In this document: in pieces, positions 24,201 to 33,701 of the stretch
Numbering within the stretch: the first letter of the stretch is position 1
Layout of the letters: each line of letters starts with the position of its first letter
Source: Psammoneis japonica
Lineage: Eukaryota
DNA: 64,000 bases
Assembly: GCA_008632985.1 (NCBI GenBank)
Contig: QPGO01000011.1
Location: forward strand, 620,001-684,000
Direction of reading: 5' to 3'
Notes under the pieces: generated by a model
Seen by the model: only the letters and a program-made list of their open reading frames with translations
Told to the model about the DNA's origin: nothing
Database searches by the model: none
Program-made: the position numbers and the translations under genes

Positions 24201-26876
24201 TAGACGTCAGTGACGGTAGACTCGGTGCCAACAAACAGTTGGGCGCTGGTGCAACCAGAGTCGACGGCCGGGGTGTCGGCAAAACGGTGTCAGTGGCGAC
24301 AGGCTCGTTGCGGCGGTGCACATTAAGGGCGGGGTTGGGTGATTTGTAGGCCTTGCGAAGGTGTGCACCGGCGGGCATGCGGGCGTACTGCGTGGTGCAG
24401 TCAAAAGTACGACGGACCGCATCGGCAGGTAGGAAGCCAAAGCAAGGCCGAAGAGACTCGAAGGGGGGGTCCTTGGGCTTCACAGTGCGCTCCGGAGGTG
24501 GAACGTCAACGCCCGTGGGGTCACTCGCATGCAGATGACACTCGTAGAACACGTCGTCGTTCGGAATGAGGTGATCATCGAGGGCGGACGCGTGATCGTC
24601 AGACAAGGAAGCGGACAAGATGGTCTCGTTGACAACGACACGGTGACGGCAGTTGCCGCATTCGTCAAATGGGTTGGCAGTGGGATCGTCCTGCAGGTCA
24701 GAGATCGCGTCGCACCACTGGTCGTCGTCAGTGACAGAGTGATCGAGGACGGAAGGGTCCCATGTGTCATCACCGGTGAGGATGACATGGGGCAGGGTGT
24801 CCCATTCGGCGTCAGTGCAAGGGCGCATGGCAACATAAGGCAGGCCAGCCTTGATGTCAATGGGGATGACATGGCCATCAGGAGTGGCAATACGTTGCAA
24901 GCCGTTGGGCACCTTGACAGAGCGATCGTTGACATCCTGTTTGCACCATTCGAGCTGGCCGCAGGAATGGATGGTCTTGCCCTTTCCCGTGCATGCGCTG
25001 ATGGAGGATGGCGATGACGGGACCACGCTGGGTCTCAATGACGGCACCAGCGGTGACAATGGGGATGTCCACCAATTGATGATCGTCAATGCCCTGAACG
25101 TCGACTTGGCGAGAGGTGCGTGCGATGACGCGAACGTCGTCGCCAGCAATGCCGCCGTTGGCCCCACGATCGACTAGAGCGCCAGTGCGTGTGGAGCGAT
25201 GAGCAGAGGCAGAGTAAATGACATTGTGGTTGTCAACGCGGCGGCAAGTGCGGCCGTTAAGTTCCATGTTATCTGCAGAAGCTGGCGGGGTAGAGGAAGC
25301 GGCGGATGGCCCGGTCGACTGGCATTGGGGGCTTGGTTAGGAGACAACAGACGTTGCAGATCACCGGGTGGCAGTGGCTTGCGCTTGGTGAGGTGCGCCA
25401 GGATGGGATCATCCGAAGTGGCGTCCACATGTGCAGCGGAGTCACCACAGTCAGCAGGAGTCGTGTTGGACAAGTTGACATCACCGTCACTCCCAAGGTG
25501 TTGGTCGTGAAGGTTGGCCGTAACAGACTCATGGCAGTTGCTGGCTCGCGGGTTGCGGGGAGGCGGGCGAGAGTGCTCAAGGATGATCGCCTTGGAGGAA
25601 TCGGGCAACGAATCCCAGAGCCGTTGGTGGTCGGGAGGGAGACGTCTCCATTGGACACCGGTGAGGCTGGGACCACGGGTGTGGGCAGCATTGGCTTGAA
25701 GGACGTCAACGTCACTGTCAATGTCGTAGAACACATCGTCGGACGGTTCCTCGGAGCAGACGTCGTGGGCGTGTGTGGCGCGTCGGGGAGCTCGAGGTGT
25801 CGTCTTGGGTTGAAACGTGCTGTCGCACTGAGCTGCCGCGGAGAGGAGCAAGCCACAGCATTGATCGCATGTGAGGCTCTTGCCACTCTGCGTACGATGC
25901 TGATCAGCTTGGTTCTTGACAGCACGGAGTTCCTCGACAGGGTGCACGGCATTCTCGAGCATGACGCGCTTCTGTCCTTCAGAGAAGTGGTCGCTGGCGG
26001 GGATGAGTGCCTCGCACTTGCGCAACTGATCTTGCCAATGAAGGATGAACCCGTGGGTCGGACCGTTCCAAGTGCCATCACCAAGACGTGCGGTGGTGAG
26101 GTACGTGAGCAGGGTGGAGGACTCGATGGATGCACGGGTGGAGGCAAGCGCGCATTCAGACAAGGAGCGGCAGACGGTCTGTGCGTCAGAGGACCCCACA
26201 TTTTCGCGAATGAGAGCCTTGCCCTTGTCGGTGAGAAGGATGCGTTCGAAGACGGCGAACATGTGCTTTTGCTGTTCAGCAAAGAGCAGTTTGTCTTCGG
26301 GGCTGGTCGGTTTGTACGACGAGTCTAGAATGCACTCGACGTCTTGGGCACGGGCTTGTGCCACAAGTGAGGTGTGCCAAGTGTGCCACTGCTTGTCGGA
26401 TTTGAGAGCCGTGAAAGCGGTGGGATCACGCTTGATGCCTCGCTTGAAGTCTCGCACCGGGTCGCGTGCCTTGGTCGGGTTGGTGACATGTGGAGGTGCA
26501 AGGGGTGAGCTGCCGATGGACACAGAGGACATGCAGTCCGGGCTGAGGCGGCAGGCAAGGAACTCGTCATGCGTGAACAAAGAGGAGTCGTTGGCAACGT
26601 CAAGACCTTTGTGTGCTTTGACAATGTACAGACTGGGCTGGTGCTGCCAACATGTTCTTATAACCACGAGGCAAAGGGATTGCATTGGTGCCGTTGTCGC
26701 ACACAAGCGAGTCGATTTGGGACGGCATGAACGTGAACAGTTCCTGATGCGAGTCCGTGCCGTCTTGGGCCAAAGCCAAACGAAGAGGACTCCCAGCACC
26801 TTGGGCAAGCACGGTTCCAACAACGTGCTCGAAACCATCGATTTGTTGCTGACGAGTGAGAACCATGGTAGACAAA
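21203..26876 (-). pseudogene. Copia-1 gag-pol polyprotein (frameshifted)
   Basis: gag (RDFKRGIKRDP...), protease ALVDRGANGG, integrase SEPHQQHQNFAERR, RT KALYGLRSSG and YIGVYVDD, RNase H YVDA...GDNKSVV...NPADILSKHW. Confidence 0.9.
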
Positions 26877-27802
26877 AGTGGTGTCAGGACAATCAATTCT
26901 GATTGGGAAGCGAAGGTAGACTTGAAACTCGGGTGAGAACAGACTTGACTTGAAATGGACTTGACTTGAAATCTTGAACTATCTTAAAATCAGAAGTCGC
27001 CGGGCTTTGCTATCCCGTTCGTTGTTGAGTGCTAAACTTCCCATCCGGTCCGTAGAGTTGTGCCGGCACGTCCGAACCCGCAGCCAGTGGCGCTTTGGGT
27101 TGCTTGCGAGCGGAGCAGCGGGTTGTAAACCCCTGCAGGCAAGCTGACCAGAGGTGGACAAGACCCCCGAACCGTTCTTATTTTATGTCGGTTGGATTTC
27201 CCGATCAGGCTGGCCAGTTGACGCAGGCGTTGGGCGCTGTGGACGAACGAACAAACGCGGGAAAAACACCCTCGCCCCAACGCAGGCTGCAATCACGGCT
27301 GCTTGCTCTCACAGTCGTCCTCGTGGACCTAGCAGAACTGTAGAGCACCAGCAGTCCGGGGTAGATCAGGTACAATGGACTCGGTGTGCTTGTAGAGTGG
27401 CAGCAAAACCGCATCCGAAGAGTGGGTACAAGTTCTTGGCCGTGAAGATATGCATATATGTATGTCTTCAGCGACGAAGGTCCTTGAATGTGTAGGGTTC
27501 TTGACCGTTAACCGATGAATGGGTATATCAAGGGATGAGGATCAAGGATAGACTTGGATATGACCGTTGAATGTATGTCTTCAGCGATCAAAGGTAGTAT
27601 AATCAATCCAGATATTCAGCGGTAAGGAGACTTGACGGTGACGTTAAATTCCTGCCGATGCCTGGTATTGAACGCGCGTAGACTTGCCGATGTATGTAGA
27701 ATATATACGGAGGTCCACGCAGAATTGAAATAGCGTCGTCGGTAAATCAACGACGACGATGGCGGTTGCTCAATGGGTTGACAATGAGCAAGACTGTTAA
27801 TC

Positions 27803-28078
27803 TGACAGAAATTGAAGGCAAATGGCAAGAATTCAAACAATAACTCCTTACTGCTGTCTAAATAGCAGATGAGTCTCCGCTCAGAGACCGTTACAGGAGC
27901 CGAAAGACGTGTAAGTCGGTATAATCGGGCTACTGTTATTATTCTTGTGAGCCTTGTGGCTCGAAAGCAAACTACATCGCGCGCGAACGCGCGGAACTAA
28001 AGCACACAAAACTGTGTGCGGTAAACTAAACAGCGCGCGATACTTCGCGCGCATCCAAATCCTGTTCAAATCCTGTCA
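27803..28078 (-). repeat. 5' LTR of copia-1
   Basis: Direct repeat of 20980-21255; retains 16 TpA sites. Confidence 0.97.
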
Positions 28079-28199
28079 TGTTTGCCACAAGGGTGGGCTG
28101 GGCTTTGATTTGGAAGATTCTGCATTTGCTCATCTTTCTTGGCATTGCAATGGAGGTGGCTCTGATGAAACATGACACACTCATCCAAAGCAATGAGAA

Positions 28200-29000
28200 A
28201 GAGCATCCAACAGCCCATGAGGGCTTTGCAGTCAATGGGAAACAGCTCAAAGGTTGATCCCTTGGTCAGTTGGTCAGCAAGTTGACCAGCAGAGCTGATT
28301 GGCTTGATCTTGTTGTCCAAATGTTCCACTTTCAAGCAATGACAGTGACATGGAATGCCAACATGCTTGGTCCTGGGGGTGAGCTTTGGCATGTGTGCAA
28401 GCTGGAGGCAGGCAGCAATGTCTTTGTGCACAACTGAGGGAGGCAAGCTGGTTGAGACAATGAGAGACTTGTCAGTGCCTGCACTGGTGAGAGCAAAGGC
28501 CATGGAATGTGTTGCACAGGTGGCATTTTGGGTGGGCTGCACATGAGCATGCACATCAATTCTTTTTTCAAAATTTCATGAGCTGGGGTGAGATTTTGCA
28601 TGCCTTGGGAGAGTGCGGCAATTGCAGAGAGCATTGCAAGGGTCCACAGCTTGGACAACCAAAGAATTGGATGCCTGCTTTGGCAAATGACACAGCCGGT
28701 GCAAGACTTGACACTTGTGAGATCTTGTCCATTTTTCAACACCAAAAAGTCCTGCAAAGTCTGCGCCCACATGATGATCAACTTGCTGCTCCTCAGTTGG
28801 CTCTCCAAAATCAGCCCCTTGTCTGCAGCATCCTTGTGGCAATGCAGGACTTGCTTGGTGGCAGCAGTGCAGGATGCCCTTGGATGATTGCAAGAAAAAT
28901 GAGCAACTTGATGGGACGTGCAGGCGACATCTGGGCAACTGTTACAGCCAGATGCAAAATTGGCAATTGACCTGTGATTGCAGCAGACTGCCCGTGCAAA
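28200..29000 (-). mobile_element. Older copia RT/RNase H remnant adjoining the copia-1 insertion
   Basis: PDVACTSHQVAHFS, GADFAGLFG, PKLTPRTKHVGIPCH and QLADQLTKG; heavily degenerate. Confidence 0.75.
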
Positions 29001-29094
29001 AGAATGCAGCCACTGCAGCAGCCACTGCAGCAGCAATCAATGTCAAGGTGTGATTGCTGGAAAACACATGTGACAGTGTCAAAGCAGTGTGGAC

Positions 29095-29320
29095 CTTGTC
29101 AGCAGGAAAACCAAACACCAAAGCAGGTCCACTGACAGCAAATGTGGTGATGGAGTTGGGTTCTTTTTGATTGAACCAGCCTGTCATGGAAGAAGCACAA
29201 CAAAAAACAGCATCCAGTTTTTTTGTGAGACAGAAAGCATCAAAAACATGTGGGGAGGGCAGTTGATGCTCAAGTGTGTCAATTGTTGCAGAGACAAAAC
29301 ATTTTGGTTGCCTCATGTCC
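29095..29320 (+). repeat. TpA/CpG-depleted copy of a dispersed sequence also present at ~42225-42340 and ~43640-43735
   Basis: AGCAGGAAAACC...GGAGTTGGG...GATTGAACCAG...AAGCACAACAAAAAA is shared with 42.2 kb; TTTTGTGAGACAGAAAGCATCAAAAA...GACAAAACATTTTGGT is shared with 43.65 kb. Confidence 0.75.
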
Positions 29321-30079
29321 CAAGTCTCAGCACAGTTTCCCAACCAGCTTGCATGTCAGCTTCCATGGGTGCAACCACCACACAAGGAACACAATGGCAG
29401 CACTCATGTTTTGGCACATGTTGCAATGAATGAAGCTGGAGCTTGGGGCACAGCACTCCTGTTCTCCCCAGAGTGCTGACATGTGCTCTCTGCTTCCTTT
29501 TCTTTTGGCAAGACCCTGTCAAAAACCAGGTTGATGTCCCACTTGAGAAGAGAGTGCAAAAAAAACCACACCAACTCATTAAAGTCCTGCAGTGAAAGAG
29601 CAAATTCTCAGCACAGAGTTGCTCGTGGTGCTGAATGGTGGTGCAAACAAACACAAGCATGCCACCAGTGTCCAAATGAGCTGGGGTTTGCTGGTTTCTG
29701 AGGTCAGTGAAGAACAAGAACCTCACTTTTTTGTCTCATTCTCCAGCAAGCTGCTGCTTTGGCAGCCCTTTGACTCCCATTCTGAGTGGCGAGTCTTGCC
29801 AGTGCATCCATGTGTCACATTGCATGTGATGAGAACAGCATGGTGAATGCTGTCACTGCAATGATGGCTGCAACAGAAAAATTGAGATGACTTTCAACTC
29901 AAATTCTGCTTGGTGCACAGCCTGTCCATTGAACTTGAAATGAAGAAAGGTCCATGGTGTCACACATGATTTGGGCACTGTTGTTGGTGTTTCAGGAGTG
30001 ATCAAGAGTCAAGATGTTGTTTTTGTTTTCAGCACAGGAAGAGGAGGAGATGCTCCATTGCACACACATGGCACCCCAC

Positions 30080-30730
30080 TTCAAGGAATGGACAGATGGG
30101 CAAGACTGACTGGACTCCAAGAAAAGCTTGCAGCTGATGCTGGGCTTTAAAACGAGGGTGGCTTGCTGTTCTCAGTGCTCAAAACAGATTTCCAGTCTGC
30201 TGCAATGTCAGCAAGCAAGAGTGCTGCTCTTTTCTTTCACACAATTCATGGACACTTTTTGCCTGAGGATTGAGCTTTGATGTTGGTGCTTTGCAACACT
30301 TTTTCCAGTCTGGGGAGCAACGGTGTGCCACCATGGTGCATTTCTTGAACCCAGGTCCCGTGCATGGCTCAATTTTGCTGCAACTCAAGCACACGTCACA
30401 TTGGACTGCCTGCCCATCACCATGTGACAGTTCTCTCATTTTTTCCCCAACATTCTCAGAATCTTCATGAAGAACAGACCTGTGGCCCATTTTTGCACAT
30501 GTCTCATGAGTGCAGTCTCAGCAACATTTCCCACCAGTTGACAGAAGTGTTCATCTCAATGAGCCAGGTCTGCTGCAGAGGCAACTTTGACCAGTTGATG
30601 GATCTGACATGAGTGACTCAAGAACTGTGTTTGTTTTGCCACAGAAAACTCATGTCTTGTGTTCTGTGTAGAAGCTGCCAGATCTTCTTGTGAGTGGCAA
30701 ATGATGGCATTGCTCAACTTGGACTCTGCT
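30080..30730 (-). pseudogene. TpA-depleted paralogue of the MYND pseudogene at 11370-12130
   Basis: Colinear blocks, e.g. CTGGACTCCAAGAAA, GTTGGTGCTTTGCAACACTT, GACCAGTTGATGGATC and CTCAACTTGGACTCTGC. Confidence 0.75.
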
Positions 30731-33230
30731 GCAAAAAAATTTTGGGATTTCTTGGACTTTGAACAACAAGTTGTGTGCAGCCTCCTCCCCCTTTTGAGCA
30801 CAAACATGTGAGCTTTCAAAAAAGGGCCATCTTGTTGAATTGCTGAATGATTGCAGTGGCTGCCACAGATGTCACATCAACAGTTTCTTCATCTAAATCC
30901 ATTTGAAGATCACAGGAGGGCAAGCTGTACATGAGAGCTTGAGAGAGTGCCCAGTTGACACTGAAGGAGTCCTGTTCAAACAAACATGCGGCAAACCATC
31001 CAACACACTCATTGTCCTCTGCATCTTCAATGCTGTCATCCACAAACTTGCACCTGCTGCAGTGATTCTCAGCCTTTTGTCTTTCAACCCCAGTCTTCTT
31101 CATTTGAACACTTCATCCAATGCTCACAAATGGTTTCAGCACAGATGCCAAGGTTTTTGTCCATGTCTGGAAACTGACGATGCTGCTGTGTGTGGTTGTT
31201 CCAAATGAGCCCAATTGGAGTGGGGCACTCAAGATGTCATCCAATCTGCTCAAAACCAACTTTGTTTTCCCATGAGGATTGCAACCATTCAGACAGAAAC
31301 AAGCCGGGCTTGGCAACAACAACACACAGTCTCCATGTGAAAGCTTTCAAACCCCTCACTTTTTGCAGCAGAGACACCAGCTTGAGAATTCTTGCCACAC
31401 CAGCACAATGAGATGACCAACAAGTGGCCACGACTCCTGACTGAGGGCTCTCTTGCCAATTTCTCCACAATGTGTGCAAAATCCACAACAGATGAATGCC
31501 ACTCAACTTGTGAGAAGGCAGGATGAGCCCCTCCAGAAAAAAAGAAAATTTCCAAAGCCTTTTCTTCACAGTCATCTCCTGACACAACCAGGAAAATCTG
31601 GTGTCCCCACACAACTGAAATGGCACAATCCAAAGCCTGTTGAGGCAATGGACAAATTGTGTCAGTCCCAAGGTGAGGGAAAGTCATGGCTTTTTTTAAG
31701 AGTCATGCCGGGAAATGTGGGCACGTCCACAAGCATCATCGCACATGATGAAGAAGTCCTCTGCTGGCAAATCCCTGTGACTTGCTTTTTGAAGATTGAC
31801 CTTTGCCAGTGCAAAGCTGACAGTTGAGAGGTTTTGTTCAGCATGAAGATGACAACCGTGAGCTTTTGTTTGGCTTGAAGCTGCCACGATGAAATTTTCC
31901 TGGAACGTTTGACATTTTGAAATTTGCCAGAAACGAGGGACAGATGCATTGGGGAAAGGGCCCAAGGGGGACTGCCGACTTATTTTTTCCGCATTTGTCC
32001 TAAAATTGGCGATGTGTTTGAATGCGTTCATTTGCATTGTCAATTTTAAATGCAAGAATTGTTCGATCGCCCACGAAAACAAGAACATCACGCACCGCGA
32101 TTGAAGCACAACGATGACGGCAATTGCGCTGTCTCTCAAAATTGGCCCGGTGGCACAAGGGACAAAAGCACACAAATCAATCTGCACCACATGACGACAA
32201 TGAAACCAATGAGTGTCCCTCGTGAGGTGACACTTTGCAACTCACCGCTCGTCGCGAACATTGTCATTGTCGCTCGTGATTTTGTCGTGTCATTTTCTGT
32301 CGCGACACGTCAAAAATGCAGAAAAACCCGGAAAAGACGTGCGGAAAAAATGAGCCAATGGGCCGCCTTGTCTGTCTGTCGCATTGTGCACGCAGCGAAC
32401 ATGACAGCAACACAACCTGCAGCATGCATGCAACACAACAGCATCAACACCTCTGCATCATGCAGTGCAGTTGTGAGAAGATCACATGACTGCGATCAAC
32501 ACAGGCGCGGAACATGCCTTTGGGGGCCCAGCTGCGAGGAATGGAACTTTCCAACCGGAAGGATTTGGTCCATTCCCAGTGGAACGGGCAGACCTCGTTG
32601 ACAAGATTTTGTGACAGGCAGACCCATGGAAATCGACTCACATCAATGGATGCAAAGGAGCTGGGAAGATGACTCTGCTGGTGCAACTTGGTGAGAAACT
32701 AAGCTCGAAAAACAAGGAAGTTTACTTTTTTGACAGCGCAACAGATTTAAACCGAGAATCTTCCATCACTTTCGTGCGAGAATTGGTCCATTCCAAGAGG
32801 GAAGCTTTCATTCTGGTTGACAAGACTCAAACAATGTAGATGCTGCTCCCTTTTTCATTCTCCTCAAAAACAAAGACAGCCATCAAATTGTGACAATCGG
32901 CGCCAGCATTCCGGAATTCCAAACAGCATCTGCAAGATTCACACTCAAAATTGGCGCCGAACGTTTGTTCTTGGGCTCACCGGAAGAGCTTGAAAGCAAA
33001 GGGGTCATCAGTTGTTTTTCAAGCAAAGCAACGGTGGTGGACGCACAGAAGATCCGTGACCTTCTGATTTGTCTTTGCTCGTACGTTGGTGGTCACATCC
33101 ATCCGCTCATGTGGCTGGAGGAGTGACTCGTCCCCAGACTAGAACGCGAGTCAGTGGCCCAAGTGGCAGAACACTTCACATCACCCAGATTCCGTCAGGA
33201 AGAAGATTTCAAGCTTGTGTCTGAGCGAAC

Positions 33231-33701
33231 AGTCAAAGCTCGCATGTCCACGCAGCTCCGACTGCCTTCCTAACGTGTCGACTGGATGTCCACTCCAGAT
33301 CGATGCCTCAGGCAGAATGCAAGCAGACAGAATGCACCAACGAGCAGCAACGAGCATTTGGTCTTTCACAAAAGTGCCAGTGACCAAATTGCAAGCTGCC
33401 TAGACTGAATCTGCTGAATGCACCCAAACAGAGGTTGATCCGCAGGTTTGCACCAGAGACCAGTGCAAACTTCAGGGTTGGCCACATTCACAACAATCAT
33501 CCAAATGCTGCTGAACCAATCTGTGGTTGGTCCAACATCTGTGCAACACCTGTGATCTCCAAAGCACCGCCCATGATCCCCAAAGCATTCGGCTTGAGAA
33601 TCGAGTCGACGTGGCGCGAAAAGAATTTCAACAAGAATTCCGACTGACAGAAGCACAGACACAACAGAGAATCTGGGTCGGTGGACAGATGAACCATGAC
33701 T
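33231..33701 (-). repeat. 3' LTR of copia-2
   Basis: Direct repeat of 40503-40973; differences are mostly TG/CA and CG/TG swaps. Confidence 0.93.

Larger units (their letters stand above)
20980..28078 (-). mobile_element. Full-length Ty1/copia LTR retrotransposon (copia-1, CoDi-like), mutated
   Basis: 276-bp LTRs TG..CA (20980-21255, 27803-28078); perfect 5-bp TSD TGTTT (20975-20979, 28079-28083); PPT AAACTGGGGAG next to the 3' LTR; gag-PR-INT-RT-RH order. Confidence 0.97.

Noticed and set aside
27803..28078. Classical fungal RIP (CpA->TpA) acting on the right LTR as the explanation of the LTR differences
   Set aside because: Tyr->Cys/His in conserved motifs, the copia-2 TSD and island-wide TA absence all point to TA loss, not gain.
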